A stretch of DNA of 64,000 bases from Casimicrobiaceae bacterium (GTDB lineage: Bacteria > Pseudomonadota > Gammaproteobacteria > Burkholderiales > Casimicrobiaceae). The position numbers were made by a program, and so were the translations under genes. Position 1 is the stretch's first letter. Each line of letters begins with the position of its first letter. Below, piece by piece: positions 20,416 through 29,748 of the stretch. The notes beneath the pieces are model-generated. The model ran no database searches. It was not told the origin of the DNA and saw only the letters and a program-made list of their open reading frames with translations. The stretch lies in contig DASVFM010000001.1 in NCBI GenBank assembly GCA_036380055.1, positions 11,126-75,125 of the forward strand, read 5' to 3'.

Positions 20416-22737
20416 TCAAAAGAGCTGGTTGCGAATCTCGCCGGATGGGCGGGTCGCCCCGGGCGCGAGGGCGTCTTCGCTGCGGCCCGGCGGGAACTCG
20501 GAATAGAAGAACTCCGGAATACCGCCCCGATCCTCCGGGACGCGCAGGCCGGTTTCGGGGTCGATCCGGGCGACCTGAATACCATCGGGCTGCTCCAATG
20601 GCTGCTCGGGCACACCCTTGAGCACCTTCCCCATGAAGCTCATCCATATCGGCAGGGCAGCTACCGCGCCGGTTTCGCCGGGACCGAGCGATCTCGGCTG
20701 GTCGAAGCCGATCCACGCGATCGTGACGATCGATGCGTTGAAGCCGCAGAACCAGGCGTCCACGTTGTCGTTGGTCGTGCCCGTCTTACCCGCCAGATCC
20801 TGGCGGCCCAGCTGCATCGCCCGCACCGCTGTACCACCGCGCACCACGTCGCGCATCATCGTCGTCATGATGAACGCGTTGCGGGTATCGATCACGCGCT
20901 CGGCGCCGTGCTCGGCAGTCGGCGGTTCGGCCTGGGACAGCGTATTCCCCTTCGCGTCTAGGACGCGATCGATCAGGAAAGGTGGGACCCGGTAGCCGCC
21001 GTTGGCAAAGATCGCGTATGCACCCAGCATCTGCAGCGGCGTTGCCGCCCCGGCGCCCAGGGCCATCGGCAGGTAAGGGGGGTGGAGCTTCGGGTCGAAG
21101 CCAAAGCGCGTGATGTAATCCTGGGCATACTGCGGGCCGATCGCCTGCATCACGCGGACGGTGACCAAGTTCTTGGATTTCATCAGGGCGGTGCGCAGGC
21201 GCATTCTGCCCTCGAATTTACCGTCGTAATTCTTCGGCTCCCAAGGGTCGCTGCCGGTTTGAGAGGCGTCGAAATACAGCGGCGCATCGTTCACCACCGT
21301 GGCCGGACTGAAGCCCTTCTCGAGAGCGGCGGAGTAGATGAAAGGCTTGAAGCTCGATCCCGGCTGCCGGAAGGCTTGAGTGACATGGTTGAACTTGCTT
21401 CGGTCGAAATCGAAGCCGCCGACCAATGCCAGGATGGCACCGTCGGAGGGCCGCCCCGAGACGAGCGCTGACTCGACCTGCGGGAGCTGGGCGATTTGCC
21501 AGCGCCCTCGGTCGTCGCGACTGACGCGAATGATCGCCCCGCGCCGAATGCGGCTAGCGGCGGGCGTCTTGTCCTGCAACGCGCGAGCGCCGAAACGCAG
21601 ACCGTCGCCGGTGATCTCGATGGTCTCGCCATCGCTGCGCATCGCCTTTACCGCGCTTACCGTCGCGTCCAGGACGATCGCCGGGTCGAGATTGTCGCTA
21701 TCGGACAGGTCGGAGAAAGCCCGGTCGAGTGCCTGGTCCAGCTCGGCTGGGTCTGACGGGAGGCTCACGAAGCCCTCGGGCCCGCGGTAGCCATGCCGAC
21801 GATCGTACTCAAGAACTCCTCGCCGCACTGCAGCATAAGCCGCGTCCTGGTAAGCCTTCCGGATCGTTGTGAAGACAGTGAGGCCACGGCTGTAGGATTC
21901 CTCGCCGTAGGCGTCAAAGATCGCCTGGCGAACCATCTCGGCGACGGAGTCGGCGTGGGCCGTAGTGTCGCGAAGGGTTTGGCGCACGACCAGCGCGGTG
22001 TCCTCGGCCTGTTTGAGCTGTGCATCCGTGATAAAGCGCAGATCCCGCATCCGATGGAGCACGTAGAGCTGCCTGAGGCGCGCCCGCTTTGGGTTCGCGA
22101 CCGGGTTGTACGCCGAGGGCGCCTTCGGCAGGCCTGCCAGCATCGCAGCCTCGGCGACGTCGATCTGCGCGAGCGGCTTGCCGAAGTAGATCTGCGATGC
22201 TGCCGCGAAGCCGTAGGCACGCTGCCCGAGGAAGATCTGGTTCACGTAGAGTTCCAGGATCTCGTCCTTGGACAGGTTGGCTTCGATCTTGTAGGCGAGC
22301 AGTACCTCGCGCAGTTTGCGGGTGAGCGTCTTCTCTCGGGTCAGGAAGAAGTTTCTCGCGACCTGCATGGTGATCGTCCCGGCCCCCTGTTGAGTGCCGC
22401 TCGCGACGTTGGTCAGCGCCGCGCGCAGGACGGAAATGTAGTCAACCCCACCATGCTGATAGAACCGCTCGTCCTCAGCGGCCAGGATGGCCTGACGCAT
22501 GACTTCGGGCACATCGTGGATCTTCACGATGGCTCGGCGCTCTTCTCCAAATTCGCCAAGCAGCTCGCCCTCGGCCGAAAGGATGCGAAGAGGGATCTTC
22601 GGCTGGTAGTCGGTCAGGACGTCCAGGGGGGGCAAAGTGGGATAAAGCAGCGCAAAAACAAAGGCCACCAGCAGGCCCCCGACGAGCGCCAGCCCAAAGA
22701 AGACGGACCCCAGATAGATAAGCCACCGCTTTAGCAT
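20416..22737 (-). CDS. mrcA: Penicillin-binding protein 1A (bifunctional glycosyltransferase/transpeptidase)
   Basis: MLKRWLIYLGSVFFGLALVGGLLV is a membrane anchor. The GT51 motifs AILAAEDERFYQHGGVD and RKLREVLLAYKIE are present, as are the transpeptidase motifs SSFKPF and KTGTTND. The start is ATG 22735-22737. Confidence 0.93.
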   Translation of the reverse strand: MLKRWLIYLGSVFFGLALVGGLLVAFVFALLYPTLPPLDVLTDYQPKIPLRILSAEGELLGEFGEERRAIVKIHDVPEVMRQAILAAEDERFYQHGGVDYISVLRAALTNVASGTQQGAGTITMQVARNFFLTREKTLTRKLREVLLAYKIEANLSKDEILELYVNQIFLGQRAYGFAAASQIYFGKPLAQIDVAEAAMLAGLPKAPSAYNPVANPKRARLRQLYVLHRMRDLRFITDAQLKQAEDTALVVRQTLRDTTAHADSVAEMVRQAIFDAYGEESYSRGLTVFTTIRKAYQDAAYAAVRRGVLEYDRRHGYRGPEGFVSLPSDPAELDQALDRAFSDLSDSDNLDPAIVLDATVSAVKAMRSDGETIEITGDGLRFGARALQDKTPAASRIRRGAIIRVSRDDRGRWQIAQLPQVESALVSGRPSDGAILALVGGFDFDRSKFNHVTQAFRQPGSSFKPFIYSAALEKGFSPATVVNDAPLYFDASQTGSDPWEPKNYDGKFEGRMRLRTALMKSKNLVTVRVMQAIGPQYAQDYITRFGFDPKLHPPYLPMALGAGAATPLQMLGAYAIFANGGYRVPPFLIDRVLDAKGNTLSQAEPPTAEHGAERVIDTRNAFIMTTMMRDVVRGGTAVRAMQLGRQDLAGKTGTTNDNVDAWFCGFNASIVTIAWIGFDQPRSLGPGETGAVAALPIWMSFMGKVLKGVPEQPLEQPDGIQVARIDPETGLRVPEDRGGIPEFFYSEFPPGRSEDALAPGATRPSGEIRNQLF

Positions 22738-22887
22738 GGGTGAATGAAACTTACCGGGGGGTGGGGCGGGACTCGCAATTATATGCAGGGTTAGAGGCCA
22801 AAATAAACTTGAAAAAAAGAAATTGCCAAGGTTTATACTTGCTGCTAGCATTTAATGTAGTTTATATGTATTACGCCTAACCTTCCC
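22738..22887. promoter_or_regulatory. AT-rich divergent promoter region between mrcA and pilM
   Basis: This 150-bp gap is visibly AT-rich, with A-tracts (aaaataaacttgaaaaaaagaaattgcc). TTGCCA/TAGCAT and TTGCTG/TATATG are hexamer candidates reading toward pilM. No single promoter can be fixed by eye. Confidence 0.4.
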
Positions 22888-23979
22888 ATGCTGAAGGAAA
22901 AACTCGGTTCGGCTTTTTCTTTTTTGCAAACGACCGCGCCGCCCCTGATCGGCGTGGACATCAGTTCGTCCGCGTTGAAGCTGGTTGAGCTCTCGGAGGG
23001 TGGAAAAGGTGTCTATCGCCTTGAGCGCTACGCGATCGAGCCACTGCCCAAGGACGTAGTGACCGACGGCAACATCGCCAACCTCGACCAGGTGAGCGAC
23101 GCGCTTCGTAGAGCTTACAAACGACTGGGCAGCCGCAACCGCAGTGTCGCCTTGGCGCTGCCGGCCGCCATGGTGATCACCAAGAAGATCATCGTCCCTG
23201 CTGGGCAGACCGAGGAGGAGCTCGAGCTGCAGGTGGAAGCCGAAGCCAATCAGTACATCCCGTTCGCGCTCGACGAGGTCAACCTGGACTTCCAGATCCT
23301 CGGACCGGCGCCGAACAACCCCGACGAAGTCGAGGTTCTGATCGCCGCATCGCGCAAGGAAAAGGTCGAGGACCGGGTCGCCATCGTCGAAGCGGCCGGC
23401 CTGAAGCCGCGAGTGATGGACGTAGAATCCTACGCGACCGAGGAGATCTTCCAGATGATCGCGCCCTCGCTGCCGGCGAACGGGCGCGACCAGAACATCG
23501 CCTTGGTCGACATCGGCGCGCATGTGATGCACTTCTATGTCCTGCGCAACAACCAGATCCTCTTCTCCCGCGATCAGGCCTTCGGCGGCAACCAGTTGAC
23601 GCATGAAATCCAGAGGGCGTTCAACCTCTCGCCGGAGGAGGCTGAATCCGCCAAGCGCAATGCCGGGTTGCCAGAGAATTATGACGCCGACGTGCTGCAG
23701 CCGTTCATGGAAACGCTTGCGCTCGAGATCACGCGGGCGTTGCAATTCTTCTTCACATCCACCTCTTACAGCCAGGTCGATCAGATAGTGCTTGCAGGAG
23801 GCTGCGCGTTGCTGCCCGGCCTCGACGAACTTGTGAGCAAACGCGCAGGCGTGAATACGATGGTGGCCAACCCGTTTGCGAACATGGGCGTGTCGGACCG
23901 GATCCGGCCCCGGCAGCTGGCGACAGATGCTCCGCTGCTGTTGATCGCCTGCGGGCTCGCCATGCGGAGCTTCGACTGA
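22888..23979 (+). CDS. pilM: Type IV pilus assembly protein PilM
   Basis: The actin-like ATPase N-terminus LIGVDISSSALKLVELS is present. The gene heads the pilMNOPQ order. Confidence 0.92.
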   Translation: MLKEKLGSAFSFLQTTAPPLIGVDISSSALKLVELSEGGKGVYRLERYAIEPLPKDVVTDGNIANLDQVSDALRRAYKRLGSRNRSVALALPAAMVITKKIIVPAGQTEEELELQVEAEANQYIPFALDEVNLDFQILGPAPNNPDEVEVLIAASRKEKVEDRVAIVEAAGLKPRVMDVESYATEEIFQMIAPSLPANGRDQNIALVDIGAHVMHFYVLRNNQILFSRDQAFGGNQLTHEIQRAFNLSPEEAESAKRNAGLPENYDADVLQPFMETLALEITRALQFFFTSTSYSQVDQIVLAGGCALLPGLDELVSKRAGVNTMVANPFANMGVSDRIRPRQLATDAPLLLIACGLAMRSFD

Positions 23980-23980
23980 C

Positions 23981-24607
23981 ATGGTCCGCATCAATCTCCT
24001 GCCGCACCGCGAACAGAAGCGCCAAGCGCGCCAGCGGCAGTTTATCTCGCTGGCGATTGGTCTGGCGATCCTCGGCATTGCCGTCGTCGGCCTCGGTCAC
24101 ATTTTGATTGCGGCGCGAATCGAGAACCAGAACAGCCGCAACGCTTTGCTCAAAAGCGAGATCGCCAAGCTTGACGACCAGATCAAGGAAATCGACCGCC
24201 TGCGCGACCAGACGCAGGCGCTCCTTGCCCGGAAGCAGGTCGTCGAGACGCTACAGGCCAACCGAACCGAGGCCGTGCATCTGCTCGATCAGCTGGTGCG
24301 GCAGCTCCCCGACGGACTGTACCTCAAGTCGGTGCGGCAGAACGGCACCCGCGTGACGCTTACCGGATACGCCCAGTCGAATGCTCGGGTGTCCACGCTG
24401 ATGCGCAACATCGAAAGCTCGCCGTGGCTGGGCTCGCCTGAGCTGGTAGAGATCAAGTCGGTCGCGGTCGACAAGCAGAAAGTCAACGAATTCACGCTCG
24501 TGCTGCAGGTGAAGCGCGCAGTACCCGCGCTGGACGCCAAACCGGCAGCAGCCCCGCCCGCCAAGGGCGGCGCCCCGGCGGCGCCCGCGAAGGGAGGCAA
24601 GGCATGA
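23981..24607 (+). CDS. pilN: Type IV pilus assembly protein PilN
   Basis: The translation is MVRINLLPHREQKRQARQRQF followed by a single TM. This is the canonical PilN N-terminus. Confidence 0.9.
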   Translation: MVRINLLPHREQKRQARQRQFISLAIGLAILGIAVVGLGHILIAARIENQNSRNALLKSEIAKLDDQIKEIDRLRDQTQALLARKQVVETLQANRTEAVHLLDQLVRQLPDGLYLKSVRQNGTRVTLTGYAQSNARVSTLMRNIESSPWLGSPELVEIKSVAVDKQKVNEFTLVLQVKRAVPALDAKPAAAPPAKGGAPAAPAKGGKA

Positions 24608-25239
24608 CGCTCGACGACCTCCGCCGGCTGAACATTCGCGAGGCCGGCAACTGGCCCCTCCTGCCGAAGGTACTGATCCTGGGGCTGATCTTCGTAGCGA
24701 TCATTGCCGCCGGCGGGTTCTTCGACTGGCGCGACCAGCTCGATGCGCTCGATCGAGCGCAGGCCACTGAGGCCAAGCTCAAGGGTGACTATGCGACAAA
24801 AAAGGCCCGCGCGGTCAACCTGGAACTCTACGTCCAACAGCTCAAAGAGATCGAGCAGTCCTTCGGCGCGTTGCTCAAGCAGCTGCCGAACAAGTCCGAG
24901 ATGGATGCGCTGCTCACCGACATCAACCAGGCCGGGCTCGGCCGCGGACTGCAGTTCGAGCTCTTCCGGCCCGCTACCCAGGAGCGCATGGCGGACTTCT
25001 ACGCCGAGCTTCCGATCAACGTGAAGGTGACGGGGAACTACCACGACATGGGGGCGTTCGCGAGCGACGTCGCGCAGCTGCCCCGCATCGTAACGCTCAA
25101 CGATCTCAACATCGTCAACGACAAGGGCACGCTGACGATGGACGCGGTGGCAAAGACGTTCCGCTACCTTGACGAGGACGAGGTCGCCAAGCAGAAGCGC
25201 CTCGCCAAGGACAAGGACAAGAGCAAGGCGAAGAGATGA
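24604..25239 (+). CDS. pilO: Type IV pilus assembly protein PilO
   Basis: The gene has an ATGA overlap with pilN. It has an N-terminal TM, then a coiled coil and a YHDMGAFASDVAQLPRIVTL region. Confidence 0.88.
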   Translation: MTLDDLRRLNIREAGNWPLLPKVLILGLIFVAIIAAGGFFDWRDQLDALDRAQATEAKLKGDYATKKARAVNLELYVQQLKEIEQSFGALLKQLPNKSEMDALLTDINQAGLGRGLQFELFRPATQERMADFYAELPINVKVTGNYHDMGAFASDVAQLPRIVTLNDLNIVNDKGTLTMDAVAKTFRYLDEDEVAKQKRLAKDKDKSKAKR

Positions 25240-25769
25240 AACGAGCGATCGGCTATGCGAGCGTCGCCCTGCTTCTCGCCGCCTGCAGTGGAGAGAGCCA
25301 CCAGGATCTTCGTGCCTGGATGCAGGACCAGGGCAAGGGCGTCAGGGGGAAACTTGACCCGCTGCCCCAGATCAAGCCGTACGAGCCTTTCACCTACAAC
25401 GCGTTCGACCTGCCGGACCCGTTCAAGCCGCGCAAGATCGAGCCCGTAAAGAGCGGCGGCAGCCTTGCGCCGGACCTCAACCGGCGCAAGGAGCCCCTGG
25501 AGGCGTTCCCGCTCGAATCGCTGCAGATGGTCGGAACCTTGCAACGCGGCCGCACGACCTTCGCGCTCGTGCGCACGACGGACAAGGACATCTACCAGGT
25601 GCGTGTCGGGAACTATCTGGGACAGAACTTCGGAGTCGTAATCGGCATATCGGATAACGAGATTCGCCTCAAGGAGCTGGTGCAGGACGGCAGCGGAGAC
25701 TGGACAGAGCGATCGAGCGCCCTCCAGCTCGCAGAGGCAGCGGACCAGAGACAGGAGCGACGAAGATGA
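25236..25769 (+). CDS. pilP: Type IV pilus assembly lipoprotein PilP
   Basis: The gene has an ATGA overlap with pilO. MKRAIGYASVALLLAACS contains a lipobox. The C-terminal beta domain includes LESLQMVGTL and ALVRTTDKDIYQVRVGNYLGQNFG. Confidence 0.88.
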   Translation: MKRAIGYASVALLLAACSGESHQDLRAWMQDQGKGVRGKLDPLPQIKPYEPFTYNAFDLPDPFKPRKIEPVKSGGSLAPDLNRRKEPLEAFPLESLQMVGTLQRGRTTFALVRTTDKDIYQVRVGNYLGQNFGVVIGISDNEIRLKELVQDGSGDWTERSSALQLAEAADQRQERRR

Positions 25770-28012
25770 GCGCCTTGCCAGGGAGAGAACAAAAGCTGGA
25801 GCGCGGACGAATGTGGGAATGGGCGGCCACCGCGCTGATCGCACTGGCAGCCCTCGCGGCGAACCCCGCAGCGGGGCAAGGTGCCAACAGCATCGATGCG
25901 CTGAGCGTCTCCAAGGCGAGTTCGGGACGCACGATCGTCAAGTTCACGCTCAAGACGCCGCTGGCGAACCCGCCGGCAGGTTTCACGATCACCGATCCGC
26001 CGCGGATCGCGCTCGACTTCCCGGATACAGCGAACGGCCTCGGCCGCTCGACGCAGGAAGTCGGCGATCCGTCGCTGCGCAGCGTGAACGTGGTGCAGGC
26101 CGGAGGCCGCACCCGCGTGGTGTTCAACCTCAACAAGCCCCAGTCTTACGAGACGCAGGTTGAAGGCAACGTCGTTTACGTGACCCTCACCGAGCAGGGA
26201 AGCGCGGTGACGCAAGGACCGGTGGTGTCGCGCTTCGCCGAGGCGAAGCCGGGCGAGGTCACGCATGCGCTTCGCGACGTGGATTTCCGTCGCGGGCGCA
26301 ACGGTGAAGGCAGGATCATCGTCGACCTCTCCGACAACTCGACCGGTATCGACATCCGGCAGCAAGGGCGCGTGCTGGTCGTGGACTTTTTGCGGACGAT
26401 GGTTCCGCGCAACCTGGAACGACGCTTGGACGTCGGCGACTTTGCAACGCCGGTGGCCACGATCGAGACTTTTGCCCAGCGCGGCGACGCCCGCATGGTC
26501 ATCGAGCCGAGGGGCCTGTGGGAGTACTCCGCGTATCAGACGGACAACCGGTTCATTCTCGAAGTGAAGCCGATCCAGGAAGACCCGAACAGGCTGACCC
26601 AAGGAACTCGCCAGGGTTACAAGGGCGAGAAGCTCTCGCTCAATTTCCAGAACGTTGAAGTGCGCGCGGTGTTGCAGGTCATCGCCGACTTCACGGGATT
26701 GAACATCATCACTAGCGATACGGTGACGGGTAGCCTCACCCTGCGCCTGAAGGACATTCCATGGGACCAGGCCCTCGACATCATCATGCAGACGAAGGGC
26801 CTCGACATGCGCAAGAACGGCAACGTCGTTCTGATCGCGCCGCGCGAGGAGCTGGCGGTGAAGGAAAAGCAGCAACTCGAGGCGCGGCAGCAGATCAGCG
26901 AACTCGAGCCGCTGGTTACCGAGACCTTCCAGCTCAATTACCTCAAGGCGTCTGACTTCGCAAACATGCTGTCGTCCAACCGGCAGCAAGCGTACGGGCT
27001 GGGTGCGGGGCAGACCGCCACCACCGGCGGGCAGGGTTCGATCATCTCCAAGCGTGGCGTTGCCATCGTCGATCCACGCACGAACATATTGATCGTTTCC
27101 GACACGCCTGCGCGGCTCGAAGAGGTGCGTAAGCTCATCCGTCAACTCGACGTTCCGGTCAGGCAGGTGACGATCGAGAGCCGCATCGTGATCGCCGACG
27201 ACAAGTTCAGCCGGCAGCTCGGCGTGCGCCTCGGCGTGCAAACCGGCTTCACCGTGAACAACCGCTACGCAGGCGGGTTCGGCGGCAGCTTGGCGACGCA
27301 GCCGGTGGTGAACTGCACCGGTACGACCTGCACGCGCGACACGCGTACGCAGACGCCGTTCGAGCTGGCCTCGGGCATAGCCACGGCCGGCTATTCCGAC
27401 TCGCCGCAGCTCAACGTGAACCTGCCGGTCGCGGGGGCGGCAGGGAGCCTTGCGCTGACACTGATCAACCTCGGCAGCGGCAACCTCATCAATCTCGAAC
27501 TCTCCGCGCTCGAAGCAGACAGCCGTGGCAAGGTGGTCTCGGGACCGCGCGTCGTCACCCAGGACAACCAGAAGGCGCACATCGAGCAGGGCACCGAGAT
27601 CCCGTACATCATCCAGGGCACGAACAACACGGTACCAACCGTCCAGTTCAAGAAGGCCGTGCTTGCTCTCGACGTGACGCCGCAGATCCTGCCCGACAAT
27701 CGCATCGTCATGACCGTCGAAGTCCGCAAAGACACAGTGGGCCAGACGATCGTGATCCAGGGGAGCCAGTACCCGGCGATCGACACGCGCAACGTGACCA
27801 CGCAGATTGCGGTCAACAACGGCGACACAGCGGTAATCGGTGGTATCTACGAGGAGACGAACAACAACGACATCACCAAGGTGCCGCTGCTTGGAGACAT
27901 ACCGATTCTCGGCTACCTGTTCAAGCAGACGAACAAGACCACCGATAAAACGGAACTGCTGATCTTCCTGACGCCTCGCATCGTCAAGGAATCGGTCACC
28001 GCCGTGCGTTAG
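25766..28012 (+). CDS. pilQ: Type IV pilus secretin PilQ
   Basis: Two AMIN-like N-terminal repeats are present (TIVKFTLKTPL... and RIIVDLSDNSTGI...). The secretin C-terminus includes VPLLGDIPILGYLFK and ELLIFLTPRIV. Confidence 0.93.
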   Translation: MSALPGREQKLERGRMWEWAATALIALAALAANPAAGQGANSIDALSVSKASSGRTIVKFTLKTPLANPPAGFTITDPPRIALDFPDTANGLGRSTQEVGDPSLRSVNVVQAGGRTRVVFNLNKPQSYETQVEGNVVYVTLTEQGSAVTQGPVVSRFAEAKPGEVTHALRDVDFRRGRNGEGRIIVDLSDNSTGIDIRQQGRVLVVDFLRTMVPRNLERRLDVGDFATPVATIETFAQRGDARMVIEPRGLWEYSAYQTDNRFILEVKPIQEDPNRLTQGTRQGYKGEKLSLNFQNVEVRAVLQVIADFTGLNIITSDTVTGSLTLRLKDIPWDQALDIIMQTKGLDMRKNGNVVLIAPREELAVKEKQQLEARQQISELEPLVTETFQLNYLKASDFANMLSSNRQQAYGLGAGQTATTGGQGSIISKRGVAIVDPRTNILIVSDTPARLEEVRKLIRQLDVPVRQVTIESRIVIADDKFSRQLGVRLGVQTGFTVNNRYAGGFGGSLATQPVVNCTGTTCTRDTRTQTPFELASGIATAGYSDSPQLNVNLPVAGAAGSLALTLINLGSGNLINLELSALEADSRGKVVSGPRVVTQDNQKAHIEQGTEIPYIIQGTNNTVPTVQFKKAVLALDVTPQILPDNRIVMTVEVRKDTVGQTIVIQGSQYPAIDTRNVTTQIAVNNGDTAVIGGIYEETNNNDITKVPLLGDIPILGYLFKQTNKTTDKTELLIFLTPRIVKESVTAVR

Positions 28013-28061
28013 CGCGGGCCGTGCTCTCGCGCAGCCGCGGCGCTTAAACTACAATGCCCCG

Positions 28062-28595
28062 GTGCACCTGCATCGGGGCAATCTTTTTCTGGTGGGTATG
28101 CCGGGCTGCGGCAAGTCGACGCTCGGTCGGCTGCTCGCGCGACGGCTCGACAAACTCTTCTACGACGCCGACGTCGAGCTCGAGCGTCGGCTCGGCGTGA
28201 CCATTCCGGTCATCTTCGAGCTGGAGGGCGAGCATGGCTTCCGCGATCGCGAGGAAGCCGTGCTCGCAGACCTCGCCGGGCACAGCAACATTATCCTCTC
28301 GACCGGCGGCGGCGTCGTCCTGCGGCCAGTAAACCGCGAGCGCCTCAAGGATGGCGGAACCGTTTTGTACCTGCACGCCGCGCCGGACACGCTATGGGAG
28401 CGCACGCGCCACAGCAGGCACCGACCGCTGTTGCAGGCACCCGATCCGTACGCCAGGGTGCAGGAGCTCTATTCGCTCCGCGACGCGCTGTACCGGGAAG
28501 TGGCGGACTTCGTCATCGAATCGGACCGCGAGCAGGTCAACCGGCTCGCCCACCGTCTCGAACAGCAGCTTCGCACCACGGCCGCAAGAGCGTAG
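28062..28595 (+). CDS. aroK: Shikimate kinase
   Basis: The translation contains NLFLVGMPGCGKSTLGRLLA (P-loop), FYDADVELE and GEHGFRDREEAVL. The start codon is GTG. Confidence 0.92.
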   Translation: MHLHRGNLFLVGMPGCGKSTLGRLLARRLDKLFYDADVELERRLGVTIPVIFELEGEHGFRDREEAVLADLAGHSNIILSTGGGVVLRPVNRERLKDGGTVLYLHAAPDTLWERTRHSRHRPLLQAPDPYARVQELYSLRDALYREVADFVIESDREQVNRLAHRLEQQLRTTAARA

Positions 28596-28598
28596 CCG

Positions 28599-29681
28599 GT
28601 GCCCATCGTCACGGTCGGGCTGGCCGAGCGCAGCTATCCGATCCACGTCGGCGCCGGTCTGTTGGCCCGAAGCGGTGCGCTGCTCGCGGACCTGCCTTCT
28701 GCGCGGGCCGTAGTCGTAACCAATCCCACCGTCGCGGAGCACCATCTGGGCGCGCTCGAGAAGGCGCTCACGGGTGCGGGCATCCGGCACGACAAGATCC
28801 TTGTCCCCGACGGAGAGCGGTACAAGGACTGGACCACCCTCTACGAGATCCACACGCGTCTGCTCGAGCTCGGGGCGGAACGATCGACAGCCGTCATTGC
28901 GCTCGGAGGGGGGGTCGTAGGCGATCTCGCGGGCTTCGCCGCGGCGACCTATCAGCGGGGGGTGCCACTCGTGCAAATTCCGACGACGTTGCTCGCGCAG
29001 GTCGACTCCGCTGTCGGCGGCAAGGCCGCGGTCAACCATCCGCTGGGCAAGAACATGATCGGCGCCTTCTACCAGCCGCAGCTCGTGGTGAGCGACATCG
29101 CAACGCTCGGCACGCTGCCCGCGCGGGAGTACCTGGCGGGCATCGCCGAGATCATCAAGTACGGCGCGATCCGCGACCTCTCCCTGTTCGAATGGCTGGA
29201 GGCCAACATCGAGCGGCTGGTGGCGCGTGAGCCCGATGCGGTCGAGCATGCCGTCACCGAAAGTTGCCGCATCAAATCGAGCATCGTTGCGGCAGACGAG
29301 CGCGAGAGCGGGGAGCGGGCACTTCTCAACTTCGGCCACACCTTCGCCCACGCGATCGAAACCGCAACCGGGTACGAGACCTGGCTGCACGGTGAGGCGG
29401 TCGCTGCAGGGATGCTCATCGCCGCCAAGCTCTCCGAGCGCGCGGCGGGGCTTCCGCCGATGGAGGGGAGGCGCATTCGCGCGCTGATCTCCCGGGTTCC
29501 AGGTTTCGCGCGCGTGCCGCCCGAGCTCGACGCCTCCCGCTGGCTCGAACTCATGTCACACGACAAGAAAGTACGCCGCGGAGTGCCTCGCTTCGTGCTG
29601 CTGACCGCCCTCGGCCAAGGCGTGCTGCGTGCGGACATCGCCAGCGAGGACGTCCTGGATGCGGTCTCGAGCGCCGCCTAA
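28599..29681 (+). CDS. aroB: 3-dehydroquinate synthase
   Basis: The translation contains ALGGGVVGDLAGFAAATYQRGVPLVQIPTTLLAQVDSAVGGK and LNFGHTFAHAIE. The start codon is GTG. Confidence 0.93.
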   Translation: MPIVTVGLAERSYPIHVGAGLLARSGALLADLPSARAVVVTNPTVAEHHLGALEKALTGAGIRHDKILVPDGERYKDWTTLYEIHTRLLELGAERSTAVIALGGGVVGDLAGFAAATYQRGVPLVQIPTTLLAQVDSAVGGKAAVNHPLGKNMIGAFYQPQLVVSDIATLGTLPAREYLAGIAEIIKYGAIRDLSLFEWLEANIERLVAREPDAVEHAVTESCRIKSSIVAADERESGERALLNFGHTFAHAIETATGYETWLHGEAVAAGMLIAAKLSERAAGLPPMEGRRIRALISRVPGFARVPPELDASRWLELMSHDKKVRRGVPRFVLLTALGQGVLRADIASEDVLDAVSSAA

Positions 29682-29687
29682 AACGAC

Positions 29688-29709
29688 CGCGGCGCCCGAA
29701 GGCGCCGCG
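29688..29709. terminator. GC hairpin between convergent aroB and the lipoprotein gene
   Basis: CGCGGCGCC-cgaa-GGCGCCGCG forms a 9-bp stem. On the minus strand it is followed by gtcgTTTTa, so it looks like a better terminator for the lipoprotein gene than for aroB. Confidence 0.5.
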
Positions 29710-29748
29710 AGACGTCAGATGTGATAAGTCAACCGATAGCGCGCGCCG

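Noticed and set aside
22910-22930. T5/T6 runs (ggctttttcttttttgc) in the first codons of pilM as a possible slipped-strand phase-variation switch
   Set aside because: The tracts are too short for efficient slippage. They simply encode the Phe/Ser/Leu residues SAFSFLQ, and there is no evidence of frame ambiguity.
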